Shown: one piece after another, positions 36,741-47,390 of the stretch | Numbering within the stretch: position 1 is the first letter of the stretch | How the letters are laid out: each line of letters begins with the position of its first letter | Origin: Hemiscyllium ocellatum | Taxonomy: Eukaryota | DNA: 64,000 nucleotides | Direction of reading: 5' to 3' | Assembly: GCF_020745735.1 (NCBI RefSeq) | Contig: NW_026869102.1 | Span: 128,367 to 192,366 of the forward strand | Notes under the pieces: generated by a model | Told to the model about the DNA's origin: nothing | Databases searched by the model: none | What the model saw: the letters and a program-made list of their open reading frames with translations, nothing else | Translations under genes and position numbers: made by a program

Positions 36741-36822
36741 CACCATGATGACGGGGAGCAGCAGCCATAAGAAGATTGACCTGAGTGGAAATCCCATCCT
36801 CCGTGTTTACTACACCAATGTG
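36741..36822 (+). CDS. CDIPT: CDIPT exon 4 (STMMTGSSSHKKIDLSGNPILRVYYTNV); acceptor CTCCAG, donor GTAAGG at 36823.
   Basis: Aligns to human SSVVRGSESHKMIDLSGNPVLRIYYTS; phase 2 in, phase 0 out. Confidence 0.85.
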
Positions 36823-37214
36823 GTAAGGTCACTGTCTGTCAGCGAGGGGGTGGGCTGTGGGGGGGAGAGCCACCTTCTCACACCACAATAAATAGGAGCA
36901 GGAATAGACCATTCGGCCCCTCGAGCACCCTGTTGTGCCTGATCCGACATTCCTCGTGTCCGTGGTCCTGCCCTTTCTGCCTCTAGCCCTTTGTTCCCGA
37001 CTGGTCAGGAATCTCTCTATCTCAGCCAGAAACGTACACGAGGACTCTGACACACACGCACACGCGCGCACACACGCGAAGAAATTCCTCCCCATCTCAG
37101 TCCAACATTGGAGCCTCTCTGTCCTGAGGCTGTTCCCTCTGGTCATACCGACTCCCGTGAGAGGAGAAATGTTTCAATGAGATCCCCTCTCACTCCTCCA
37201 AACCCAGGGAGCAG

Positions 37215-37450
37215 GGTCCCACACCGTTAACTGTGTGAAGTTTAAGGGGGATACCGAGGGTGGTGGGTGTCTGGAACGTGTTACCGACAGAAGTAGGCAC
37301 AGTAGATTCATTTAAGGTAGATCTGGACAGATGCGTGAGTAGGTGGGAGCAGAGGGACACAGATCCTTAGGAATTGGGTTTAGACGGTGAATTCGGATCG
37401 ACTCCGGTTGGAGGGCCGAAGGGCCTGTTCCTGGGCTGTAGGTTTTTCTT
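37215..37450 (+). mobile_element. CR1-like LINE 3' end fragment (ORF2 C-terminus ...FKGDTEGGGCLERVTDRSRHSRFI... plus tail ...GGAGGGCCGAAGGGCCTGTTCCTGGGCTGTAGG).
   Basis: Homology to the tail family seen at 28205, 38830 and 41410. Confidence 0.55.
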
Positions 37451-37599
37451 TGTACTTTGCCCATTAAAACAGTCCCTCCATCCTGGGGGCTAATCCTAGT
37501 GAACCCTGTCTAGGCTGCTTCCCGTGAAATGTTATCTCCCCTCGAGTAAGGAGGGGAACCCAAACTGCTCGCGGTACTCCAGGTCTCACCAGCACCTGG

Positions 37600-37760
37600 G
37601 AGAAAGTGAAGACTGCAGATGCTGGAGGGCAGAGACGGGAGTGGGCGGTGCTGGAAAAGCGCAGCAGGTCAGGCAGCATCTGGGCAGCAGGAGAGGTGGC
37701 ACTTCATCCCCAAACCCTTCCTCAGCTGCTGCCTGACCTGCTGTGCTTTTCCAGCACTTT
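37600..37760. mobile_element. Foldback SINE-core hairpin (GTGCTGGAAAAGCGCAGCAGGTCAGGCAGCATCTG...CAGCTGCTGCCTGACCTGCTGTGCTTTTCCAGCAC) in CDIPT intron 4.
   Basis: Inverted arms read directly. Confidence 0.8.
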
Positions 37761-37849
37761 GTCCCCTTGCCAACCTAATCTGTGTGGAGTTTGCACATTC
37801 TCCCCGCGTCTGCGTGGGTTTCCTCCATAACCCTCCGCTTCCTCCCACA

Positions 37850-38190
37850 CTCCAAAGATGTACAGGTTAGGGTGGGATTGGCTGTGGGGAAATTGTCCCG
37901 TAGTGCCCTGGGATGTGCAGGTTAGGGTGGGATCGGCCATGGGGAAATTGTCCCGTAGTGCCCAGGGATGTACAGGTTAGGGTGGGATTGGCCGTGGGGA
38001 AATTGTCCCGTAGTGCCCTGGGATGTGCAGGTTAGGGTGGGATTGGTCGTGGGGAAATTGTCCCGTAGTGCCCAGGGATGTGCAGGTTAGGGTGGGATTG
38101 GCCGTGGGGAAATTGTCCCGTAGTGCCCAGGGATGTACAGGTTAGGGTGGGATTGGCCGTGGGGAAATTGTCCCCTGGTGCCCAGGGATG
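37850..38190. repeat. 55-bp tandem repeat x6 (TGCAGGTTAGGGTGGGATTGGCCGTGGGGAAATTGTCCCGTAGTGCCCAGGGATG).
   Basis: Unit starts at 37861 and 37916 and continues. Resembles an internally expanded retroelement 3' tail; followed by a tail terminus ...GGGCGAAGGGCCTCTTTCCACGCTGTAGGGAATCTGA at 38190-38330. Confidence 0.85.
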
Positions 38191-38469
38191 TGCGGGTCAG
38201 GTGCGTTAGTCAGGGGGTAAACGTGGGAATGGGTCTAGGCGGGATACTCTTCGGAGGGTAAGTGTGGACTTGTTGGGGCGAAGGGCCTCTTTCCACGCTG
38301 TAGGGAATCTGACTTCACCCCCTCAGTCTGTCACTTCCCTCTGTAATCTGCAGCGTTCCTGTCTGGTCTCACCCATCCTTTACCCCTTCCCCACCATCCC
38401 AGTAACCTGAGCACATCCCAAACACTGCAGCCTCCTGCCCCTTTCTCCCCCTTTCCTGTTACTGACTTC

Positions 38470-38640
38470 AGAATGAAAGTCTCTGTCTCTCTCTCTCTGT
38501 CTCTCTCTCTCTCTGTCTCTCTCTCTCTCTGTCTCTCTCTCTCTCTGTCTCTCTCTCTCTCTGTCTCTCTCTCTCTCTGTCTCTCTCTCTCTCTGTCTCT
38601 CTCTCTCTCTGTCTCCCCCTGTTTCTCTTGTGTTGTGAAA
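38470..38640. repeat. (GTCTCTCTCTCT)n pyrimidine-rich 12-bp simple repeat, ~12 copies.
   Basis: Direct reading. Confidence 0.95.
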
Positions 38641-39075
38641 CTTTTTCCGACGATGTCGGAGGGTTTGAGCTCGGAGGAGAGGCTGAGGCTGTTTTCCATG
38701 GGGTTTCGGAGACTGAGGGGTGACGAGGGGCATGGATAGGGTGAATAGAGAAGGTCTTTTCCCCCTGCGATGGGGGAGTCCTGAACTAGAGGAATATAGG
38801 TTTAAGATAAGAGGGGGAAAGATATAAAAGGGACCTAAGGGGTAACTTTTTCACCCAGAGGGTTGTACGTGTATGGAATGAGCTGCCAGAGGGAGTGGTG
38901 GAGGCTGGTACGACTGCAACATTTAAGGGGCGTTTGGGTGGGTATAGGAATAGGAAGGGTTTGGTGGGATAGAGGCCGGGTGCTGGCAGGTGGGAATGGA
39001 TTGGGTTGGGATAACTGGGTCAGCACGGACAGGTTGGACCGAAGGGTCTGTTTCCGTGCTGTACATCTCTATGAA
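38640..39075 (+). mobile_element. CR1-like LINE 3' fragment (..ERLRLFSMGFRRLRGD.. then GNFFTQRVVRVWNELPEGVVEAGTTATFKGRLGGYRNRKGL, then full 3' tail).
   Basis: Translation plus tail identity with 28205-28400. Confidence 0.75.
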
Positions 39076-39149
39076 TGTGTGACAGGGACAGCACGGGGTT
39101 AGATACAGAGTAAAGCTCCCTATAATGAGGGATATAGAGGGTCTCCTCC

Positions 39150-39250
39150 ATTAAACACTCATAGGCCAGATGGGTTTAGTGGGATATGGGACTAGATTAG
39201 GTTCGGATATCTGGGTCAGCATGGACGGGTTGGGCCGAAGGGTCTGTGAC
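39150..39250 (+). mobile_element. Additional LINE 3' tail fragment (GGGTTTAGTGGGATATGGGACTAGATTAGGTTCGGATATCTGGGTCAGCATGGACGGGTTGGGCCGAAGGGTCTGTGACTGTG).
   Basis: Tail homology. Confidence 0.55.
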
Positions 39251-39439
39251 TGTGAGATCCTAAAGCTGGAGAAGCAGCTGTTTAAATCCTGGGTTAAAAT
39301 GTAGACATAGGATTCAGAGTAGGCTATTCTGGTCTTGCTGTGATATTCCGTTTGATCACGGCCTATCCTTTATCCTGTTGTTACATGGAGATTTTTACCA
39401 GGTGTCTGATATTTTCCCTGTGTTTCTGTTCTTCCTCAG

Positions 39440-39521
39440 AAAGTCCTATTTGTGATGTGTGCCGGTAATGAGCTCTTTTACGCGATGCTTTACCTCTTGA
39501 GTTTCATGGAGGGTCCTGTAG
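39440..39521 (+). CDS. CDIPT: CDIPT exon 5 (KVLFVMCAGNELFYAMLYLLSFMEGPV-); acceptor CCTCAG, donor GTAGGT at 39522.
   Basis: Aligns to human ALFTLCAGNELFYCLLYLFHFSEGPLV. Confidence 0.85.
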
Positions 39522-39669
39522 GTAGGTATTCACTTCCTGAGCAGCGATGGAACCCAAGTCGTCTGTGTTGCGCGTCTGTGTTGCGCGTGTGCGATTGGCT
39601 TGAAGCAGGTCTGGAATCTGAAACCACTCTGCTTCCCCACCCCACCCCATCCCCTTTTGTGGGGTCCTG

Positions 39670-40262
39670 GGGAAATGTCTGAACAAAGAGACCTTGGAGT
39701 GCAAGTTCATAGCTCCTTGAAAGTAGATAGGATAGTGAAGGCGTTTGTAATGCTTTTCTTTATTGGTCAGATATTGAGTACAGGAGTTGGGAGGGTCATG
39801 TTGCGGCTGTACAAGACATTGGTTAGGCCACTGTTGGAATATTGCGTGCATTTCTGGTGTCCCTCCTATCGGAAAGATGTTGTGAAACTTGAAAAGGTTC
39901 AGAAAAGATTTACAAGGATGTTGCCAGGGTTGGAGGGTGTGAGCTATAGGGATTGGCTGAACAGGCTGGGGCTGTTTTCCCTGGAGCGTCGGAGGCTGAG
40001 GGGTGACCTTATAGAGGTTTACAAAATTATGAGGGGGATGGATAGGGGAAATAGGCAAAGTCTGTTCCCTAGGGTCAGGGAGCCCAGAACTAGCGGGGCA
40101 TAGGTCCCTTTTATATCTTTCCCCTCTCACCCTAAACCTAAGGGGTAACTTTTTCACCCAGAGGGTGGTACGTGTATGGAATGAGCTGCCAGAGGAAGTG
40201 GTGGAGGCTGGTACGACTGCAACATTTTAAGGGGGGTTTGGATGGGTATAGGAATAGGAAAG
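39670..40262 (+). mobile_element. CR1-like LINE 3' portion immediately downstream of CDIPT exon 5 (RDLGVQVHSSLKV...[73 protein letters not shown]...FSPRGWYVYGMSCQRKWWRLV...).
   Basis: ORF 39600..40103 plus tail. Confidence 0.85.
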
Positions 40263-41410
40263 GTTTGTAGTGTACATGGATTTTAGTAAGGCATTTGATA
40301 AGGTTCCCCATGGTAGGCTTATGCGGAAAGTCAGGAGGCATGGGATAGTGGGAAATTTGGCCAATTGGATAGAAAACTGGCTAACCGGTCGAAGTCAGAG
40401 AGTGGTGGTAGATGGTAAATATTCAGCCTGGAGCCCAGTTACAAGTGGAGTTCCGCAGGGATCAGTTCTGGGTCCTCTGCTGTTTGTAATTTTTATTAAT
40501 GACTTGGATGAGGGAGTCGAAGGGTGGGTCAGTAAATTTGCAGATGATACGAAGATTGGTGGAGTTGTGGATAGTGAGGAGGGCTGTTGTCAGCTGCAAA
40601 GGGACTTAGATATGATGCAGAGCTGGGCTGAGGAGTGGCAGATGGAGTTCAACCCTGCCAAGTGTGAGGTTGTCCATTTTGGAAGAACAAATAAGAATGC
40701 GGAATACAGGGTTAACGGTGGGTTCTTAGTCAGGTGGAGGAACAGAGGGATCTTGGGGTCTATGTACATAGATCTTTGAAAGTTGCCACTCAGGTGGATA
40801 GAGCTTGTAAGAAGGCCTATGGTGTATTAGCGTTCATTAGCAGAGGGATTGAATTCAAGAGTCGTGAAGTGATGTTGCAGCTGTACAGGACTTTGGTTAG
40901 GCCACATTTGGAGTACTGTGTGCAGTTCTGGTTGCCTCACTTTAGGAGAGATGTGGAAGCTTTGGAGAGGGTGCAGAGAAGATTTACCAGGATGTTGCCT
41001 GGAATGGAGAATAGGTCATACGAGGATAGGTTGAGAGTTCTCGGCCTTTTCTTGTTGGAACGGCGAAGGATGAGGAGTGACTTGATAGAGGTTTATAAGA
41101 TGATCAGAGGAATAGATAGAGTTGACAGTCAGAAACTTTTTCCCCGGGTACAACAGAGTGTTACAAGGGGACATAAATTTAAGGTGAAGGGTGGAAGGTA
41201 TAGGGGAGATGTCAGGGGTGGGTTCTTTACCCAGAGAGTGGTGGGGGCATGGAATGCGCTGCCCGTGGCAGTGGTAGAGTCAGAATCATTGACTACCTTT
41301 AAGCGGCAATTGGATAGGTACATGGATGGGTGCTTAATCTAGGATAGATGTTCGGCACAACATCGTGGGCCGAAGGGCCTGTTCTGTGCTGTATTGTTCT
41401 ATGTTCTATG
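40263..41410 (+). mobile_element. 5'-truncated CR1-like LINE with a nearly complete RT domain (FSKAFDKVPH...[22 protein letters not shown]...SKFADDTKIGG...KCEVVHFGR...[72 protein letters not shown]...FFTQRVVGAWNALP...FKRQLDRYMDG). Ends in (TTCTATG)2.
   Basis: ORFs 40270..40779 and 40734..41342 (one frameshift). Inserted head-to-tail directly after the previous LINE fragment. Confidence 0.9.
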
Positions 41411-41590
41411 TTTGGAGGGATAGAGGCCAGGTGCTGGCAGGTGGGAATGGATTGGGTTGGGATAACTGGGTCAGCACGGACAGGTTGGACCGAAGGGTCT
41501 GTTTCCGTGCTGTACATCTCTATGACTTGATGGGACGAATGGCCTGTGCGTGAGAGACCAGCAGGCAATGCAATGGGCTGAACAGCCACA
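41410..41590 (+). mobile_element. LINE 3' tail fragment plus downstream tail-associated sequence (…CTCTATGACTTGATGGGACGAATGGCCTGTGCGTGAGAGACCAGCAGGCAATGCAATGGGCTGAACAGCC).
   Basis: Identity with 28270-28440. Confidence 0.7.
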
Positions 41591-42889
41591 GCACCCCACT
41601 CTCTGAGCTCCTCACCGACCTGGTGAATATATCGGCCATTCCTTCCTGGGTCAGAATCCCAGGATTCCCTCCCTCCCTTGGGGTCTACCCACAACAAGGG
41701 GACTGCAGTGGTTCGATGGGGCAGCTCAGACCCACCTTCTCAGGGGGGCAACTAGGGATGGGGGGCAACTAGGGACGGGGCGATAAATACTGCACCCAGT
41801 ATTTATTCATTTATTTTAAATGATTCTGGTTCAGTCCCTGAACCACTAAACCCTGCAAGACCACAGGCTGGGATGGGTGGCTAGTTTATTCAGGCAATCC
41901 AGAGCCAATGGGCTGAGTGGCCTCTCTCCGCTGTCTCGCTGGGGGTAACAGCCCAAGAATTGAACCGCACTGATCCTAGTGTCCTCACGGCTGTGAGGGT
42001 TTTGTAAATAGTCCCCGATATACCTGACTTTCCGAGACAGACTGCCAGGAAAACACACATCCGGACTCTGTGTTCTGAACAGGAAATTTCAATTCGTTGC
42101 AAATAATTAATTTGCCCATCGCTGAATCCTATCTTCACCCATCGGAAGTTAAAGCTCTTTTTAACCCCCGATAAAATTCCTGCTCCACAATCCTATGACC
42201 ATACAACAGAAACGTTGGTGTCATGGACAGAGGGAAGACCGGGAGGGAAGCTCAATAGGACCTGACCAATGAGATTCACTGAAATAACTGTCAGGAACTC
42301 CTGCTGCACCGTCCCCTTCCTTCAGAACGTCTTCTCACTTCCCTCCAGGGTGTGGAGGTGTCGGCGTTGGACGGGGGTGGACAAAGTTTAAAAATCACAC
42401 AACACCAGGTTATAATCCAACAGGTTTATTTGGAAGCACTAGCTTTCGGATCGCTGCTCCTTCATCAGGTGGTTGTGAAGGTATAAGATTGTAAGACACA
42501 GAATTTATAGCAACAGTTTACAGTGTGCAGTAGCTGAAATTATACCCTGAAAAAGACCTGGATTGTTTTAGTCTCCCATCATTTCAAATGACCATGTTGG
42601 TTTCAGTTCTTTCATATGTAAATGCCAGAGCTTTTTAAAAAAAAAATCTACATTCTCAAGTGAACTTGTAACAGTTGGTGTCATGTCGGCCCAGAGAATG
42701 TATTGAAGGTGTGAGCTTCCCTGTGTGAGGCTGTCTGTACCACAACGGTCAGACTGATTCTAATCGATAAAAATGGATTTTCAGAATTTTACATGGATTC
42801 ATGCAGTTTTTGAGCAAAGTAAAATGTAATTCTGTAAGTACAAATTCACCCGTGTGTGTGAGTGTGTGTGTGTGAAGGAGGTGGCACAG

Positions 42890-43880
42890 TGTGACTGGTT
42901 CACAACTTGTGAAGTCTCTCATTTATTGGATGAAAGCAACCAGATACAGTAATGGACAGGGGGTGGGGTGGGACAAACGGGTTTATTTTCCAGCAGAATT
43001 TCCCCCCCACCGCAGAAATGGTTTCTTCCCTTGGCTTCTGGATGTCCTTTTCACTCCCAGTTACCTGGGAATTAATCTCATGGTGATCGGAAGGCAGATG
43101 GAACTTTATCCTTTGTTGCTAAAGGGGATTATGGAGTTTAAAAGTGGGGAGGTTATGTTGCAGCCCTACAACATCCTGGTAAGGGCACACCTGGAATACT
43201 GCGTGCACTTTTGATCTCCAGAATTAAAAATGGATGTACTTGGAGTGGAGTGGAGTGGATGCAGAGGAGGTTCACTGAGTTGATTCCTGGAGTTGGAGAC
43301 AGTGAGGTTGGCAGACGTTGGAGATCAGTGTTGTGTGTATTGCTGGAAAAGCACAGCAGGTCAGGGAGCATCCTTTCCTGATGAAGGGTCGTGTCTGAAA
43401 CGTTGGCTCTGATGCTCCTCGGATGCTGCCTGACCTGCTGTGCTTTTCCAGCAAGACACTCTCGACTCTGATTCCAGAGTTGGCTGAGTAGACTGGGATT
43501 ACATTCATTTGAGTTTAGAATGAGGGGACCTTTATAGAAACATATGAAATGATGAAGGGAATCGAGAAGATAAGAAGCAGGGAGGTTATTTCCACTGGAG
43601 GGTGAAACTAGAACTAGGGGCGTAGCCTCCAAATAAGGGGGAGCAGAGTTCGGACTGAGCGGAGGAGGAACCCAGAGGGTTATGAGGTGGTGGGATTCCC
43701 TGGCCAGTGAAGAGCTACAGGGAGAGGCTGGGGCTGTTTTCCCTGGAACATCGGGGGCTGAGGCATGACCTTATAGAGGTTTATAAAATCATGAGGGGGC
43801 ATGGATAGGGTTAATGGCAGCCCTTTTTCCCCTGGGTGGGGGGGGATTTGAAGTCTAGGGGAGCAGTCTTAAGGTGAGAG
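42890..43880 (+). mobile_element. Old, degenerate CR1-like LINE 3' fragment (..EVMLQPYNILVRAHLEYCVHF.. then, beyond the inserted foldback, ..ETYEMMKGIEKIRSREV.. and ..GLFSLEHRGLRHDLIEVYKIMRGHG..). Interrupted by the foldback element at 43300-43465.
   Basis: Weak but recognisable ORF2 C-terminal motifs in translation. Confidence 0.5.
43300..43465. mobile_element. Foldback SINE-core hairpin (TTGCTGGAAAAGCACAGCAGGTCAGGGAGCATCC...GGATGCTGCCTGACCTGCTGTGCTTTTCCAGCAA), inserted into a degenerate LINE in CDIPT intron 5.
   Basis: Inverted arms read directly. Confidence 0.8.
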
Positions 43881-43934
43881 GGGAGAGATTTAATAAAGAC
43901 GGGGGGGGGGGCAGCTTTGACAAAGGGTTAGTTA

Positions 43935-44040
43935 GACTCAACGTCAGCTCTTTTCTCTGACGTTGCTGCCAGACCTGCTGAGTTTTTCCAGCATTTTCTC
44001 TTTTTTTTTGGTTTCAGATTCCAGCATCTGCAGTAATTTG
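43935..44040 (-). mobile_element. Partial SINE-like copy, reverse orientation (GCTGCCAGACCTGCTGAGTTTTTCCAGCA...CAGATTCCAGCATCTGCAG).
   Basis: Similarity to the other copies; degraded. Confidence 0.5.
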
Positions 44041-44069
44041 TTTTTACCTTTTTTTTTAATGAACAGGAA

Positions 44070-44165
44070 AGGGTTTGGAGGGATACGGGTCAGGAGCTGG
44101 GGCAGGTGTGGGACTAGGGAGCAGTTTGGCCGAAAGATCTGTTTCTGTGCTGTGCGACTCTGAGA
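44070..44165 (+). mobile_element. LINE 3' tail remnant (…GGAGCAGTTTGGCCGAAAGATCTGTTTCTGTGCTGTGCGACTCTGAG) ~170 bp upstream of the last CDIPT exon.
   Basis: Tail homology. Confidence 0.5.
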
Positions 44166-44333
44166 GAGCCACAGTTCAGAGTCCAAAAAAAGGCAGAATA
44201 TTTCAAAGCTGGGGTTGTTTGATACAGTGCTGCGGGTGTCTCCTGGTTCAGGCTGGAAGGTTGGGTGTAGTTCTCGAGATGGACTCCCGGCTCTCTGCTG
44301 CTCGATTGTAATCCCGGTTCTGTCTGTCCACAG

Positions 44334-44503
44334 TACCTCTCCTGAATATAGGCCTGTTCCAACTCCTGCTGTACAGTTCCTTCCCGATCTGCCTCATCAA
44401 AACAGCCATCAGCATCGTCCACCTGATCACAGCATCTCGCAACATGGCGGCCATAGACCAAGCAGAGGGTGAGAGGGGCCTTACAACCTGTAAGCTGGAC
44501 TGA
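44334..44503 (+). CDS. CDIPT: CDIPT terminal coding exon (-VPLLNIGLFQLLLYSSFPICLIKTAISIVHLITASRNMAAIDQAEGERGLTTCKLD*); acceptor TGTCCACAG, stop TGA at 44501-44503.
   Basis: Aligns to human VGLFRMGLWVTAPIALLKSLISVIHLITAARNMAALDAADRAKKK. The last ~14 aa diverge; an alternative GTGAGA donor at 44469 could splice to a further exon. Confidence 0.75.
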
Positions 44504-44698
44504 ACGCCAACAGGAACGTGTATCTCCCCCCCCCACCACCTCACCAACCTCAACAGTGTGTCCCAGTCCAAGGAAACTATCCCAGTGCTATTCTGCACCC
44601 TCTGTGTGTCCGTGTGAGAAATGACAGGCACCTTCCCCCCTATTCCTGCTGCCAAGTGCAGCCACTTACTGAAGGAAATGTTTTACCGGAGATGTGTT

Positions 44699-44704
44699 AA
44701 TAAA
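44699..44704 (+). promoter_or_regulatory. AATAAA candidate polyadenylation signal ~195 nt after the CDIPT stop.
   Basis: Hexamer read directly (gtgttAATAAAcctgtcc); first canonical signal downstream of the stop. Confidence 0.45.
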
Positions 44705-46019
44705 CCTGTCCAGCATTGAGAGTCGTCTCAATGTCTTTGCGATGATAAAGTGGAGTGGGCCGCAGTGGGACAGACAGAGAGAGGGTGTGGGTGCGGGTGG
44801 AGAGGCTGTGTGGCCGTGTGAAAGGAGAGGAAACCGATCTCTGTCCAAAGGAATGTTTGTTCCTCACCCTCCCACCGCCTCTGGCTATAATCTCAGCCTC
44901 TGTTCGCGACTCCGCTTGGGAGGGGAATCGGCAGGAACGTTGGTGACGGATAATACCAATGTCCGAGTTACCTCTGCCTCAGTGCACAGAGAAGGGAGGG
45001 AATTAACCTCTTCCCACTCTCTTTATATCTCCCTCGTTCCCCATCTCACGCTCTCTCTCTCGCGTGTTTTCTCTCTTGTATTCTCTCTCACGCTCTCTTT
45101 CCCCCCCCTCCAATTCCTCTCTCGATGTGACTGTGACAGGTGGAAAGTGCTGACAATCCAGCCACCCCCTCCCTCCCACCCCCTTCCTCAAGTCACACTA
45201 TTGATGGGTTTACTGTCAAACAGTGAAGCAGCCCATTGCTTTCCTCTGGGTCTCCTATCCAGAGAGAAAGGAATGTAGGTCTGGCTTCTCGCGTGAGGAC
45301 CCATTTGTCTGTTCGCTGTAATCGGAGCTTATTCTGAAATTAACGTTGTGTAGACTGGTTAGGTTCTGAGCTGTGTATCTCCTCCATCTCACAACAGAAA
45401 CAGTCGTGATGCAATAAGGCAAGAGGTGATTGTTAAAGTGCAAAAGGGGAATAAGATCCTAGCCCACATGAATAGAATATGATGTTTCCTCACATCTACT
45501 GTTTCTCGTGTTGATGATGTCGAATAGCTGGTAAATGGGGCCAGTTCTGATCACAATGACCTTGGGTCCGAGTCTATTCCAGTCTTACCAAGTTGACAGA
45601 AATATTGATCTTTGAAAACTCTTACCAGGTTCCTCAGTAACTTGTACTGGGAACAGGGTTTCAGGAGTAAAACTTGCAGCTTCTATCTCCCATATTGGAC
45701 TGTAAATGGGGTCTGAAATGCCAAATTCTCAAGCCAGGCTGGGTTTCTAGGCAACAGTTACCAAAGGTAACAAGCCCTACCTAAGGTGGGGTTTCCCAAG
45801 GCAGAGGGTTATCCGAAGGGCATGCATGGGAAGTATTTCAGTTAATCAAATACCGGTTAACACAGTTGGCCACGCACCGGGACATGGCGATCTTGTTCAG
45901 ATTGTCCGAAGATAATCGAGGTTCCTCTGTACTCAAAACATTAAGCCATGTCTGTTATCTCTTCGAAAGTTCTTTGCTTGGCTGTTTCTTCAAAGTTATT
46001 TTTTTTTCAAATTCACTGC

Positions 46020-46295
46020 GAGGGTTGGGACATCACTGGGTAGGCCAGCATACATTACACATCCCTAATTGCCCCCTGCCCCGGGCAGCTGAGCATCAAC
46101 TGCCTTGGTGTAGGTCTGGAGTCAGTTGGGTTCTCATGATCAATCCACAATGCTTTTGTGGTTATCGCTAGATTGACTGAATTCAGATCCCAACATTTGC
46201 TGTGGTCGGTTTCGAAACCCAGCTCCCTGGCACACAGCGTGGTTTTCCTGGATTCAGAGTTTAATGATAATGTTACTAGGCCGTAGCTTCCCCTT
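46020..46295 (+). mobile_element. Fragment of an abundant elasmobranch SINE-like interspersed repeat (GTTGGGACATCACTGGGTAGGCCAGCAT...CCCTAATTGCCC...GATTGACTGAATTCAGATCCCAACATTTGCTGTGGTCGGTTTCGAAACCCAGCTCCC).
   Basis: Recognised as a recurrent shark-genome repeat; an inverse copy lies at 49080-49450. Confidence 0.55.
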
Positions 46296-46399
46296 GCCCC
46301 TTAATTAGAAATGGCTGTTGGCTTATAGCTCAGATTAAACTGCTGCACTCAAGGGGAAAAGGTACCGGTTTTAAATCAAGGAAGGTAGAAGACAGAGGG

Positions 46400-47390
46400 T
46401 GATGGTGGAGAGTTGTTTTTCAGACTGGAGGCCTGTGACCAGTGGAGTGCCACAAGGATCGGTGCTGGGTCCACTACTTTTCGGCATTTATATAAATGAT
46501 TTGGATGTGAACGTAGGAGGTATAGTTGGATGGTGACACCATAATTGGAGGTGTAGTGGACAGTGAAGTAGGTTACCTCAGATTACAATGGGATCTTGAT
46601 CAGCTGGGCCAATGGGCTGAGGAGTGGCAGATGGAGTTTAACTTGGGTAAACGTGAGGTGCTGCATTTTGGGGAAAGCAAATCTTAGCAGGACCTGTACG
46701 CTTAATGGTAAGGTCCAAGAGTGTTGTAGAACAAAAGTGCAGGTTTATAGCTCCTTGAAAGTGGAGTCGCAGGTAGATAGGGTAGTGAAGAAGGTGTTTG
46801 GTATGCTTTGCTTTGGTCAGAGTATTGAGTACAGGAGTTGGGAGGTCATGTTGTGGCTGGACAGGACATTGGTTAGGCCACTGTTGGAATATCGTGTGCA
46901 ATTCTGGTCTCCTTCCTATTGGAAAGGGGTTGTGAAACTTGAAAGGATTCAGAAAAGATTTACAAGGATGTTCCAAGGAGAGGCTGAACAGGCTGGGGCT
47001 GTTTTCCCTGGAGCGTCAGAGGCTGAGGGGTGACCTTATAGAGGTTTATAAAATCATGAGGGGGACATGGATAGGGTTAATAGACAAGGGGTGAGGGAGT
47101 TCAGAACTAGAGGGGCAGAGGTTTAGGGTGAGAGGGGAAGGATGTAAAAGGGACCTAAGGGGTAATTTTTTCAGCCAGAGGGTGGTGTGTGTGTGGAATG
47201 AGCTGCCAGAGGAAGTGGTGGAGGATGGTACGATTCCATTTAAAAAGTACGCGGATGGGTATATGAAAAGGAAGGTTTCAGAGGGATATGGGCCAAGTGC
47301 TGGCAAATGGGACGAGATTAATTTCAGATATCGGTGTGGACGAGTTGGGCTGAAGGGTCTGTGTCCGTGCTGTGCAGCTTCTCTGACTCG
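46400..47390 (+). mobile_element. Degenerate CR1-like LINE ([22 protein letters not shown]...VQVYSSLKVESQVDRVVKKVFGMLCFGQSIEYRSWEVMLWLDRTLVRPLLEYRVQFWSPSYWKGVVKLERIQKRFTRMF... plus 3' tail to ~47390).
   Basis: ORF 46596..47033 and tail homology; multiple stops and frameshifts. Confidence 0.75.

Noticed and set aside
35401-36832. Minus-strand 469-aa proline-rich ORF (…PGPLPSGPTLGLFSPPPPPG…) and overlapping + ORFs in intron 3.
   Set aside because: Lies wholly in the 43-bp GC-rich minisatellite; stop-free because of composition.
39504-40157. 217-aa minus-strand ORF antisense to a LINE, and a similar 112-aa ORF at 46638-46976 (shared HPCKSFLN.FKFHN.FPIG..PE.H.IFQQWPNQC.VQPQHD).
   Set aside because: The similarity between the two only reflects the similarity of the underlying LINE copies read in antisense. 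No start context or homology, so not treated as a gene.
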